A DNA stretch of 64,000 bases from Haliotis cracherodii (taxonomy: Eukaryota), in NCBI RefSeq assembly GCF_022045235.1, contig NW_027266266.1, forward strand, positions 2,046,001 through 2,110,000, in the 5' to 3' direction. Below the pieces are notes generated by a model. The model ran no database searches, was not told the DNA's origin, and saw only the letters and a program-made list of their open reading frames with translations. The position numbers were made by a program, and so were the translations under genes. Position 1 is the stretch's first letter; every line of letters starts with the position of its first letter. Positions 10,493-24,160 of the stretch are shown here, in pieces.

Positions 10493-11734
10493 TTGTTGTG
10501 TTAGTGATTAGCCACCAAGATGAGTAAGAATATCGTAGGTGTACACGTCAGAATGTCGATTTAGCGTTTTGTGCGTCGCTGTACACAGCTGTTCCCGAAC
10601 ATGTATTACACGTGCACGTCATGGTTCGATCTTCCACTAACAAACAGAAGGACCGTGTGCAAGCGGTCCTCGACAAATTGCACTGTTCAAATTTCCTAAA
10701 TCTTTGTATCTTTGTTTTTATTCTCTTTCTGCAAATGTGAACAATCACACAAGTTTATTCACGCCGACGTCACGTACGTGCGACACTGCCACGTCCAAGC
10801 AATACATGTCATCCTGTCAAAATACCCACAGGGAGTACTGATTTCTTACCAATCAACGTGCGAATTCATTTAATGCAAATTTATGGGCAATTTTTCTGTT
10901 TACGCGGACTTAATAATCCGACCTAGCTCGTGGCGAACAGATTCGATAGAATCACGTTAAACATGGCGTATTTCTCTCGTTTATCAGATCACCGATTCTT
11001 AATTCGTTTTTGGTCGTTCATCGATCACAGTTTTTGAGTGTTCCTGCATCTCGCCGTGGTAGTAACTTCCATTTTGTATTGGAGATCACGAAATTGAGGA
11101 GCGATCTAAGACTGCGGTAATGCATCAATTCAACAACACAGGGCTGTCACATCTGAACCTCCTGATCAAATGGACAATATACAAACTGGAATTGAAATCT
11201 ATTGCATGAGAAGATTGAAAGACAGTTTGGACACCTCATCAACACCATTTCAGAGACAACTGAGCGGGTAGGGTTCTGAAATCAGGAATTTAAAATCACT
11301 CACGAGACAAGATAAAACGGAATCGACCTAAATCTAATCGTAAGAAAACAAATTACGGTTTTGTCCCTGAATTCATGTTTTCAATTTACATCTACATGAA
11401 ATCCCATGCTGCTTGACTATGGGTTGTGGAAAAGTACGATTGGTCTACAACTAAGATGAAACGAAAATCGACCCAAATTTCATTTGTATGGAATCTATCA
11501 GCGTGGAGTGATTTAAGATTTATGGCATCAAATCGCCATTTTGTTTCAGGCCATGAGTACTTCGTCAAAAGGTCTAGGAGAAGGTCCGAGATCAGTCGGA
11601 TCGTCCAACATAAAATCAGAGAAATACTAGAACACAAACCTTATACTAACTCACCAGTTGTTAAATAAGTTACTTAGTTCAGCATTGATTTCGTGTAAAC
11701 CAGGCACCAACGTCCTACAAGTGTGTGTGTGTGT

Positions 11735-11991
11735 TTGTTTGTTTGTTTAACACAGCACTAAGCAATATTCCAGCTATATGACGGCGGTCTGCAAATTTTT
11801 GAGTCTGGGCCAGACAAACCTGTGATTGACATCATGAGCATCGATCAACGCAATTGGAATTCGATGACATGCATCAACAAAGTCAGCGAGCCTGACCACC
11901 CGATCCCGTTAGTCGCCTCTTACGACAAGCATAGTCGCCTTTTGCGGTAAGCATGGGTTACTGAAGACCTATTCTAACCCGGATCTTCACG
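11735..11991 (-). mobile_element. Non-tRNA SINE-like family C (~250 bp, structured 5' end, (AAAC)n tail)
   Basis: Many copies: 2693-2902, 18706-19120(-), 26140-26399(-), 32703-32975(-), 34170-34320, 38208-38475(-), 53445-53565, 54295-54405, 55598-55680, 63292-63640(-), 63838-64000. Confidence 0.85.
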
Positions 11992-13182
11992 AGTCTATAA
12001 GGTCAAGTATGATGCCAAGTGTCCATTTTAATTTTCAACTGGTCATGCAGGAACAGACCAAATTACTTACCAAATGAATAACCAATCCCCAACTCTACAA
12101 GATATATCAAATATCCAGTTTGAAAGATGAAATGGAACAAAATCGACCAACAATGAAACCCTTAAGAAACAAAATACCCTCGAGGTTTGACATCCTACCT
12201 TTTTCAATTAGTCACAGAGAGTCAAGTATCCACATCGTTTTAATCTTTTTGCAAAGGTAATTGCAATCTACGGCCAGTGGATTTAAATCTGAACCCGACA
12301 CCCCAAAGTTTGAGTTGCATGTAAACCAGCAGGACGGTCTTGACGCCAGTCTAACCAGGGGTTGTCGCATGAGACGTGGTCGATGTACATCGTTCCCGGT
12401 CTCCGCAATCAAATTAGCATCATTGACACTGGACATGGAAGGGGAAGATCAAATCTGGCTTAAGTCGATCTTCTACATCTGTTCGAGAAGACGGTTGATC
12501 CGTGTGGATCACGAGCGCAGCACGAACGCGGTGTTCAATAACACAAATACCTCTATTGAAATACCGACAAACCCCAAATCTGTCTTCAACGCCAATCCCA
12601 ATAAGCCGTGTTGCCGTCTCGGAATTGTATTGAATTCCGTGCGTTTGTCTTCGCGAGATGTTTGCTCCGCGTCTCCTTGTCTCTAATTGGTTGAAATGTC
12701 CATGCACATGCATCAGGTGGTTGTTGATTGGTCAGACTGGAAATGTCCGTGCAACAAGTGCGATGGAGTCTGGTAGAGTGGATCTCGCTTGGGTTTGAAT
12801 TGAATTGTGTTTGAGGACAAATATATTGGTTCAATACTTCATTAAATCTTGCTTCTATTTCCTTATGGCGTTGCTTCAAGTCATCTGTGTAAATGAAATG
12901 TTTTGATTCAAATGACGGATCCGCAGAAAGATGACACGAGGCTGTATCTGATTAACTTCACGATGTCGATTTATCAAAATATTGATCATTGTTGAAGTTG
13001 AACAAGTTGGGCTCAGAATGGTGGGGGATACAGGTCCGAAAGGGATGTCATCTAGTCCGGGTTCGATTCCACACACGTTACATTAACCGTTCCCACCCAA
13101 AACCATCCACTGACCACAGCTGTGACAGTTCACCAGCTCTCATTGATCTAATTGTGCTGAACCTGTGTGGATTCCAAGGAAA

Positions 13183-13499
13183 GTAGATTCAGAGGACATG
13201 TAGACTCTGAGGACAGGTAGATTCAGAGGACAGGTAGATTCAGAGGACAGGTAGACTCTGAGGACAGGTAGACTCTGAGGACAGGTAGATTCTGAGTACA
13301 GGTAGACTCAGAGGACAGGTAGATTCTGAGGAAAGGTAGATTCTGAGGACAGGTAGATTCAGAGGACAGGTAGACTCTGAGGACAGGTAGATTCTGAGGA
13401 CAGGTAGATTCAGAGGACAGGTAGATTCTGAGGACAGGTAGATTCAGAGGACAGGTAGACTCTGAGGACAGGTAGATTCAGAGGAAAGGTAGATTCAGG
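13183..13499. repeat. 17-bp minisatellite
   Basis: GTAGATTCAGAGGACAG units. Confidence 0.92.
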
Positions 13500-16124
13500 T
13501 ATCCAATGCATTCAGGCAACTGCTGAAGATGATAGGGTGGTCAGGCCAGTTAATTGGGTATCGCCGGGTCAAGATGGCGTGGATCGTTGTTCATGCTTTC
13601 AGTCACTCGTTAACTGCCCAGACGCAAATATTTACAGGCCGTCGTTGTATGGCTAGGACAGTGCTGCAGTGCAGTGTTGCCTTTAATAACATTCGTCCTC
13701 ACTCTGTTTGTACTGACGTTAAATCGATCCAAAGTGCAAAGACGTAAGGTTTACTGATTATTGTCGGTTTACAAGAAATAGGTAAACATGTTGCAGCAAA
13801 CTCGTTATACTTGAGGTCCATCTTTTACTAACAGGCCTTCCACTAATCCAACCAATATATTTAATAACCTCATTTTAATTTTCTTCTGCATTGTATAATG
13901 TTGTTTTTCGTTTCCTTGACACCTGTTTTATGTGTTTTGGGGTTTTGTTTATATTTTCTTTCAAATCCGCAGTTAAAATGACTCCGGTCACGGAGGTCAC
14001 AGAGCTCTTAAAAACAACTGCATTCTATACTACTTTTTTAAGTCTGTCTAATCCGCTCGTGGGCGAACGATCAACTCATGAACACAACTCAAGACAGCTG
14101 ATGACGACTATTAAATTATCTCCCTTGGCGAGTCGCTCGCTCGTTAAAGATGGCGTGCAGCAAAGCAGCGGCTGACCTTGAAATACGGCCTTGACCTTGA
14201 ACTGCGCTAATGACATGTAATGTGGGCCCGGGGAACGTGCACAGAAGTGTTAATTCAGCGTCCAACAAACAATTACAGCTAAGCGACGTTGTCAATCAAT
14301 AGTTCAACTTCTTTTAAGACCTTGAAATTGTTTTAGCTGTGTAACGATTAGCCTTGAATTCTTTGTTACAAACAAAATATCCAGTATCCTGAACAACTAA
14401 ACCTCGATAAAAAGGTACTACTTTTTACATCTGACGTCAACTTTGTGAGATATGTCAGAACATTGAATTCCTTGTCACTGAATTTACCAGCGCAGAATGC
14501 CACTTTTCAATAGACGCCATGACTGTCTACTATTAAAGAGACATTTAAAAATATTGAATTCCTCTTTATTAATTCTAATTAACTTCATAGGACCAACTCA
14601 GTTCCTCCTTAGTGAAAACAACAATACATTTATTCACTGAAAGTATCAAATACATATTAAATATCAGTATTTCGCTTAAAATATAAATTACCTTGGGGTT
14701 GACATCGCCCTTGATGACAACCCACATGGCGGCCGATCTGTCAACGTCGAACCCAGCGTTGTTACAGCTAATGTTGTGTGTCATGTCGTCCCCGCGCTGT
14801 CGCTATGATAGATCTCAGCTCCTTCTGTTTCCGCGGTTCCCCGGAGCATCACAAACCTGCATCATTGTCATCTCATTATCTTCAAAAGGCTGTGAAGAAG
14901 CCGAGAAAAAACGTTTAAACGTCGGAACTGCATTATCGCCAAAAAACGGTCTGTTTTTTTTATCTTCGAAACGTTTTTCATGTTAACTGATGTTTTCCGT
15001 AATGAAATGATATTACTGGATATGATATGTTAGCAAAGTGACTGATTATATTACACGGGGATGAGAAAGACAAGGGGTATTTGACTTAAGAGTCATGACC
15101 TTAAATTCTGCTATGTAAGGAAAGATCAGAAGGAAATCTTTTGGGCTAAGTGACCGCACACGTTGGTGTTATTGTTGTTGTTGTTGATGATGATGATGAT
15201 GATGATGATGATAAAGCGCCTAGTGTTCTTATAAAATTACTTTCTTTGTGCTGGAAGAATACCAGATTATATTCGGAAGGAGACATTTGGACTGAGTAAT
15301 CGCATAGCAATTAATAATAATCATAATCATAAATATACTAATGTCCTATCTGATGACTATTAGAAGGCTTCAGACATTATTTTATACAGCTTGCAGCTCA
15401 ACTGAGGGGCAAAGAAAACAATAGCTCTCAGTTGATTTATCAGATGTTTGATGTTCAATTGAAGTTACCTTAAGTTAGCGATGTTGAATAACAAAATGAA
15501 CTGTACTGGCGCTTAGTCAGCATTTAAAACATACTTCTGTATTACACAGAAATACCCAGTCACAGGTTAATTTTCACCAACTGTCGCAGGAATGAGTGAT
15601 GGATAAATAGACATTATAAAATTAAAAAACAGTTCTTTCAATTTTTAATTACTTAAAAATCAACTCGGTATGCTATCTGTCTACCCTCAGTTTATGTCAT
15701 GGCGGTATTGCCTAAAAGGAGGCTCGGGTGGCCCAGTCGCCTAAGGCACCGCAATTCGCTATGCAGAGTTTCCCCCCTTGGACACTCCAGAAACTTATGA
15801 TTGTTGGTTCGAATCCCGGTTTGCCCCGATTATGTTTCTAGAATTGTCCGTACCATACCCGGCTCGTGGGTTTCACCAAATTGTTAAGTCTGAGACGCGC
15901 ATCACGTCAGGTTTTCCTCCCACATATAGCTGACACTCCATGATAAACAACTGTTAAACGCGGCGTCAAACCCAACTCTCTCACTCACTGATGCCAAAAG
16001 ATGAGGGTTCTCATATTGCCACTTAATATTTGGAATTTGGACCTGCATGATGCGTGGCACTGCTGACCACTCTGCTACTCGACTGAAGCCGAGGGTCGAT
16101 ATTAGGGGTCACCTTTGCCACTGA

Positions 16125-16405
16125 GTGAGTGAGTGAGTTGGGTTTAACGCCGCTTTTAACAGTATTCCAGTTATATCACCGCGTGTCAGCTTAATGTGGG
16201 AGGAAAGCCCGAAGTGATGCAGGTCTCAGACGTTTACCAGTTCGGTGAAACCCACGAACACGGGTATGGTGCTGACAAACCTAGAAACATAATCGGGGCG
16301 AACCAGGATTCGAACCCACAATCATAGGTTTCTGGCGTGCCCAAGGGACGCAACTCTGCACAGCGAATCGCGGCGCCATAGACGACTGGGCCACCGGTGC
16401 CCCCC
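16125..16405 (-). mobile_element. SINE family B copy with TSD
   Basis: TSD CACCT(T/C)TGCCACTGA on both sides. Confidence 0.88.
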
Positions 16406-19400
16406 ACCTCTGCCACTGAAGGATACAAGATCAAGGATCAAGAGTGATCAATCCTCACATACCGGAAGTACCATTTAACGCGGACTTATGGCGACGGCTG
16501 GCCCAGGGTATCATTTCATGGGTATGTTGTCAGCACAGACTCTCAGATGAAGACATGTGCTTAGACGTACGACACGTTGCCAAGACTAAAATCGGGAGAC
16601 ACCAGAAATGAACTTCACTCATAGTTCTCATTTAGGAATCGAACTCGGGACTGTGGTGCCACAAGCGAACGCTTTAACCAGTAGGCTACCCTTCTGCCCA
16701 AAGAGCATAGAAATAATCACATATTTTACACATTCAAATCCTACCGCGAATCTCTTCAAAATGCGTCGTTTCCGGTCGACGTTGCATGGTTGGTAGTTTT
16801 GGTATTGGTCTAAAATTTACTTCAGGCGCACTTACTAGGGAGACATTCATATAAGATAAGTGTAATTTTGTTTGTTAAAACTTCAAAGATGAACCTCGCG
16901 CTTGTTGCCTATTCATGCATTGGGTTAGAACCTCAGATCAAAATGAGGAGCTACGAAAAGTACTGCACCTACATCTTGACGCCGGTAACCACTGTTGATT
17001 AAGGAGGTGATGTGCGTGCGTGCGTGCGTGCGTGCGTGCGTGAGTGTGCTTTTCTACTGGTCAGGACTACTTCTAGTCCACTGAAATACCATGCTGCAGT
17101 TCAATATTGTCCTGACTCCGAGGCGAACAGTATTTGTTTATATCGAGCGCCAGACTGGGTACAAGTACAATCTTTTAAACTTCTTTTGGTTTGACGCGGC
17201 CTGGGATTAAACCACCTACCTTCCGCTCTCTGGGCAGACGCTCTATAAACTGCACCACGGAGGCGGTCCTCAGCGAATCGTGTTGAATGTTCAAGTTTTT
17301 AATGAACATAATTATTGAAAATCGGCTGTAGAACTGCTCTGTTTACAACACCGATTAATTTTTGAACCAGCGAGCCAGCCAGAGGGACAAATGTTTGTTT
17401 TTAAAAGATTACATTAAAACTACTGTTAGTTTTCGTGTTCCTTCTCTATCGGTTATTTCCGGACATTGCCTGGGATTTTCGGAGACAGGGTTGGAGGCTT
17501 GTCGCTATTCTGCAACTGAAACACGTCATGGCGATCCAACAAGGCCCCATGTTCTTGCAAGATGGTCACTATTGATTTCACAAGATTTCCGTCGACGTAT
17601 GACAGATAGCAGGCCGCTTGACAAATCTACATTCTGTTGGAGGTAAACTGAGCCGCGGATCGACAAGCATTTGATTTCCCACGTTTCTTGATTATATACC
17701 GTAAAGCGTCGCGATATACCGCAAACCTCTTTGAATGTCGTAAACATCTTTTTCTCGTTATTTCACGATTGGGATTTTGTAGTTGTCATTTTGTAGTCCA
17801 CGAGCCCTCGTTCTCGAGAACATGGTCAAACATGAATAAAAAAAAGATTATCCAGTGATTGGAAAAAATGAAAAAATAACACATTTATTGCCGCAGGCAA
17901 GTAAGCAAAGAAAGACGTAAACCCAATTTGGATCTATTTTTTTCTTAATCGGCAATTATTCTGAAGTTGTTAGCTCAAGGAAGAGTGGGTGGAAATGAAT
18001 GAAACTTTGGTAATTTAAATCAGTACAAAAATACCAACAGCCTGGCGATGTGAACACAACATTTAATAAACGGTGCGCTTAAATCTAACTGCAAGGCTGT
18101 TACCCTTTTCGTCCTATCAACCCAGTATCGTCACCGGGTGATTCTGTGGCGTGTAGTGTAAACACATCCCTCTATTTCACCATTCTACTCATTTCCGGGT
18201 ATAATCCTTCCATTACAAGACGTCTTCTACAACCGCGCCTTAAACCCTTTGAACCAATTCTAGAACCAGGAACCACTTAATATTGGCCGGTCACGTGACA
18301 TTTACTGGCCGGTTTAAAGCGATACATATTCGTTGTTAACCATGCATATAGTTTCGGTAATAGGCTAAAGAAGCTTCGGTCTGATATCTTCTTGATTCGG
18401 AAAATTACATGGCTTCCTTTTTGCCTTTGAAGAAATAGCGTTGTTTGTCATGTTTCACTAAGCCAGGTCATTGTATTTGATGAACATTATGTTCCCTGGA
18501 TTTAAAATAGTTACACACGCATCTGTCGTTTCCAAATCGCTGTATTGCACATAATTGAACTAATGGCTGCCATTTAGTCTGTAGGGGTAGTAATAATGTT
18601 TAGTAAATACCGTAAATACTCGTAACCGCGCAAGGATCTGACGTGGCCTTGTTTAACCCCCCCCCCCCCCCGGAGTTTTAGCGGGTACTTCCAGCTCGCC
18701 AATGTTTTGTTTGTTTTGTTTGTTCGTTGTATAACGCCGCATTCAGCAATATTCCAGCTATATGACGGCGGTCTGCAAATAATCGAGTCTGGACCAGACA
18801 ATCCAGTGATTAACATCGTGAGCATCGATCCACGCAAATGGGATACAATGGCATGCATCAACCAAGTCAGCGTGCCTGACCACCCGATCCCGTTAGTCGC
18901 CTCTTACGACAAGCAAAGTTTCGGTTGCTGAAGACCTCTTCTAACCCAGATGTTCACGAGTCTGTAAGGTCAAGTATGATGCCAAGTGTCCATTTTAATT
19001 TTCAATTGGTCATGCAGGAACAGACCAAATTACTTACCAAGCGAACCTGACCACCCAATCCCGTTAGTCGCCTTTTGCGGCAAGCATGGGTTGCTGAAGA
19101 CCTATTCCTCCCCGGATCACGCCAATGTGTTCCTAGAAACTCACCCTGAAAGAGGTGTACAGATGGAGAACTATACCAATGGGCTTAGACTGGTAATTAC
19201 TCACTTGCGAAGGTGAACGGCGGATTGACGTCGTGTTCAAGGTTATTGCACTTACACTGGGTCGTGCATGTGTGTGTGGATGTTAGTCTGGGCTTACTGC
19301 TGTTGTTATAGTACTAGCGCACTGAGATACTATTCCACAGTTTAACATGGGTACACCACACAGACACAGTATACCAGCCTACCAGTCTTTTCTTAATTTC

Positions 19401-20226
19401 ATTTATACCGAGCGGCAGGCTGGGTAACAACAAGTACCCGACTTTGATCGAACCACTGACCCGCTTTATGCTCAGAGCTCCCGTGAACAAGGCCCAGTTG
19501 ACTGTATCTGTCACACACATACGACCAACCTGAGACGGGTCCCCACCACTCGGATCCCCTCGGGTTATTCCGCCACCCAGAGTAGTGATACTGCATGACG
19601 TTCCCGGTATTCGTGTATCTCGATCCCGCTGCATACAGTCCGTATGACATTTCAGCCGTTTAGAAGAGATTGTCACGTGCACGAAACTCGATCCAACATG
19701 GATTCCCGCCAGTGCAGGCACGTGCTAATTAAATGAGACAAGACCCGACTTCTGTGGTCAAATATACTACTCAAAATAAGTTAAAGAACACCTGATTTTT
19801 TCCGATGAATATAGGTATCTGTCATTGTGTCCTTCACTAATTTTGAGTAGTATACTGACTCATGTAGTGTAGGACATAGGCAGACACTGGCTGTTAGGAC
19901 AAACAATCGAACGAACACAAACCTCTCCTACCGTATTTCCTCTAATTAATGCGACCGGATAATGGGGAGAATTTATTTATCTATAAAAGAGCCGACGTAT
20001 ATTAAAGATCGGTCTTCCGTTCATCCAATTTAATATTTTCGTCTATTTGGGGTGATACGGTAACGATCAATAACAGGCAAATGTTCCTACAAGTTACAAG
20101 CAAATAGTTTCAACTTCGCCGTAGACACTGTGACACGGAGCATCTCAACTGATTCCTCATTGAATCATAAGTTCTGTGAAATAAGGAGCAATGTCCTGAA
20201 TTCTACCTGCACGTCTGAACCCTGAG

Positions 20227-20399
20227 GGGGCGGTCGGGTAGCCTTGTGGTTAAAGCGTTCGCTCGTCACGCCGAAGACCCGGGTTCGATTCCCGACATGG
20301 GTACAATGTGTGAGGCCAATTTCTGGTGACCCCCGCCGTGATATTGCTGGAATATTGCTAAAAGCGGCGTAACACCATATTCACTCACTCACTCACTCG
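20227..20399 (+). mobile_element. SINE family A copy with TSD
   Basis: TSD CTGAACCCTGAG at 20215-20226 and 20400-20411. Confidence 0.9.
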
Positions 20400-21831
20400 C
20401 TGAACCCTGAGACCCGTTCAACTCCAGCCCTGCATCAAACCTATCAAAGCATGTTTCTGAAACAAGCCCTTCCCCTGCAGAATGTTCCGAGGTGACCATA
20501 CACCAACTTCAGTTATTGTAATTCCTAAGCATTATCTTCATCACTTTAATTATCTGTTTGCTGCAAAGACATCAAAGCTATTTCTGTGTCCTGAAATTAA
20601 TCAACTTCAATTTGCCCCGAGGCTGCATACATGATGGTTGCTTGAATACAAATTTCCCCGATGTCTCTTTTGTGGAGCGGGATTAAAGGCACATTCCAAT
20701 TTGAACCCTGAAAACTACTGCCTGGTCACATATCTGGATGAAGAAATAGGTCCATGTTAACACCTTCAAGTATCAATGTCAAGAATTACCTGCCTCCGAT
20801 CCCGTTAGTCACCCCTTAGTAGCATGTGTTGCAGAGGGCCTATTCTAACCCGTATTTTGTACCTAATCGTCTCTCAAGATAATGAATCAAACGTATTAAA
20901 AATATTTAATGCCACTGTGTATTGTCTGTCGTGAGAGTCATTCTTATCTAGACGCGTGCTTAATGTATGGTTTTATAAACGGTATCCTCATCTTTGCCAT
21001 TTAGAACCACAGGCACATGCTCTGGAATATTTCTCTTTTCTCGGAATCTTGAATCGACTCAGTGTTGCACCAGAGACTACTCGTGTGTGTTTCACAAATA
21101 ATATCACGAAAAGAATCACTGACATTTCTTCGACTTAACGATCACGCTAAGTGACATCCGGTAGAGTTTTCCCCGAGTTGATATGGTCCATGTTTAAACC
21201 AGCTTTTGTAGCTGCCAGCCGCCACGGAGACCACGCCCACTACACTCCTGGTGTACAGTACGCTGGTGACATTTATAAACTTGGAGATCGTGCTTTTGGA
21301 ATAATCAGTAATACCATTTTGAGATCATATCACAGCGAGCTCCCGCTGACATTATAAACAGACACACACCGTAAACCAAGCCAAACTCTGTAAAGGTTAG
21401 CAATGTTTATTCATTCGGGACGAGTTTTTATATTTGGTGAACACGCCAAGGGGTTGAATACCCTGATACACGCTTAAACACGTCTATTATCAATGTTGGA
21501 TGTGGAAAAGATAACCTTTGTTAAAAATGCAGACATATTGTATAAAAACGCCGAACATCTAAATTGACCTGGGCATGTGACCAAACCAGCCGGGCGTGCT
21601 CTTCACGGGGGTTTCGGACGCCACACGTGATGGTTTTCATTGCAGCAGTAATGACATTTTCCCCTTTATATACAACCCTGTGTGATAATGTTACCAAAGG
21701 TATACGTTACCATGGCAATGTGAATAGCGTCAATCTCCCAGTCTTTGTGACCCTCAGTATGTACTTTTCAATTAGAATGGATGCCATTGATACTAGCTTC
21801 TCCACATTGTTTCCAAATTGGAGACGTTTTA

Positions 21832-21833
21832 GC

Positions 21834-21869
<36 letters not shown>

Positions 21870-21880
21870 GAGATAGATAG
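21832..21880. repeat. (TAGA)n microsatellite
   Basis: Direct inspection. Confidence 0.9.
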
Positions 21881-22563
21881 TTGCCCCTTTCGATGTATTG
21901 GCGCGATAATGTCAATGGGTTGTATCTCAAAACTCCCTGCTTACAAATGTATTGGCAAGGGTTGAAATGGAAATGTCTGAGGGTTGGTTGGACGAAGCAG
22001 CAAGGCAAGATCCAAATGTTGAAATGCTTACCCTTCGCGAACACCTGGTGCCATCGCTGATTTCCAGCGATGCATTCATATAATTTCCACAACTATTTCC
22101 CTTCACGCCAAGTGGAATCTGTTTCGGCAAACCTTAAGTGTGTACATCTTTTCAGATTCAATATACAAATGAAGCTCCACGACGAATTACCAAATTAACA
22201 AAATGGCATTGTACTATTGGCCTCATGGCCACATATACGAAATAAATCTGTCTGCCTGTTCATTCTCTTGAACTACGTTAGTTTCACGATTCTCTAGCGT
22301 AGACGTTTCATACACTTTATACCGTCTATGACTAATGGACGTCTTTACGTAATCGTCCTTACTACGTCCAGGTTTGTCAGCACCAAACCCAGGCTTGTGG
22401 GTTTCACCAAGTGATAATCGTCAGAGACCTGCATCACTTCAGGCTATCTTCCACCATGATGCTGAAACGCCGTGATATAACTAAACTACAGTTCAAATCA
22501 ACGTCAAACCTAATTCACTCACTCATTCACTCACTCATTACGTAACGCCAACTTCTGTGTTTC

Positions 22564-22748
22564 GGGGGCGGTGGGGTAGCTTAGTTGTTAAAGCATTCCC
22601 TCGTCACGCCGAAGACACGGGTTCGATTCCACATATGGGTACAATGTGTGAATCCCATGCCTAATGTTCTCCGCCATGATATTTTTGGCATATTGCTAAA
22701 AGCGGCATAAAAACATTCCCACTCACCCACTCACTCACTCACTCACTC
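22564..22748 (+). mobile_element. SINE family A copy abutting the hillarin terminal-exon acceptor
   Basis: A/B boxes; (ACTC)n tail runs into tctgtttcag. Confidence 0.85.
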
Positions 22749-22758
22749 TCTGTTTCAG

Positions 22759-24160
22759 CTACGCCGGGCTGCACTGCGAAGTCATCCAGGGCTACTCCAA
22801 GGGCGCGGGATACCGGCCGGGGATGAAGATCGAAGGAGACCGCTTCCGCAACACGTGGACGGCCGTCTGCATCAACGGCTCGTGGTGTTTCATCAACTGT
22901 AACTGGGGAGCCCGCCACGTGAAGGGCGCCGGTCAAGGTCAGACGAAAGGTCAAGGTCCTCTGAAACCTCAAGTCAGGATCCGAGACAAGAGGGACGACT
23001 TGAGTCTGTTCTCCTACAAATGTGATGAGTTTTATTTTGTAACGGACCCCGAGGATCATATATACCAGCATTTCCCCGACGATCCAGAATGGCAGCTGTT
23101 AGAGTGTCCCATTACTTTGTCCGAATTCATCAATCTTCCTGTTGTCAAATCCCCATTCTTCAACTACGGACTGAAGTTCACCATGCACTACGACTGCAAG
23201 CAACAGACAGAACATGGCGTGGCACTGATTCAGTTAAAGATTCCGAGTTTGGTTGGGTTCGGATACACCCTGGATCCAAAGGACAGACGGATTGACCCTT
23301 CCGCGCTGGAGGGTCGTGTTATGTTACGGATCATAGGTCACAAGGCCATATTCACAGTGGCGCCCCCGAAAAGTGGACGTTATTACTTCACAATATACGC
23401 CAAAGACGACTGGGTGTCGGACTCATTACAAAGCGCATGCGCATTCCAGATCAAATGTCGGGAACGGAAGGAGAGCATCAGAAGCCCCTACCCTAAGGTG
23501 TCTTTTTTTGGCCCCACCCCAAGCATGAGTAGCTATGGCCTGTCCCCCCAGACTCACATAGACCCTGTGGTCACGTGTTCCCACGAGGACCTGGCATTTC
23601 AGTTCCATCTTCATCAAGACGTGCGTCTGTCCCACTCCCTTCATTACCATGGCAACGAGGCTGACAAAAGCAACGAAGACCTACAACGATATGTATTCAT
23701 CAAGCAGCGTGATGATGACTCTATCTCGTACCTCGTGCGGTGCCCAATGGTTGGGAAATACGTTTTTGCCGTTTTTGGTGCCAAAATGGGTTCCCCGGAC
23801 TCTGAGAATAACGTTCCATATGAGTGCTTATTCCGATACCTCATAGAGTGTAGGCAGGGGGCCAAGGACAAGAGGCCGTTCCCCCGGGCGTGTCATAGGT
23901 GGCATAGCTGTACATTACTCGAGCCCTTTGTTGGTGACCTTGAAATCGAGAAACGTGTGACCTTCAGAGTGCGTGCGCCATTGGCGTCGGATGTGGCGCT
24001 TCTTACAGGTGATGCCTGGTTCCATTTCAAGCTGTTGGCGGACGCTATATGGGAAGGTACTGTGGTAACGGGAAAACATCGATGCATCGCCAAGTTGTAT
24101 GCAAAACTGAACAGAGAAAAGGCAAGATTCTCTCCATTGGTGGAATTCCAGATAAAGTAA
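22759..24160 (+). CDS. Hillarin/ltd-1/kyphoscoliosis-peptidase-like gene, terminal exon (transglutaminase-like core plus C-terminal Ig-like repeats)
   Basis: tttcag|C TAC phase 2; YAGLHCEVIQGYSKGAGY, NTWTAV, W.FINCNWG, DEFYFVTDPEDHIYQHFPDDPEWQLL motifs; contains the 445-aa ORF, stop TAA at 24160. Confidence 0.92.

Noticed and set aside
10044-10527. 17-aa repeat ORFs on both strands
   Set aside because: Short intronic 51-bp minisatellite open in several frames, no splice or codon evidence
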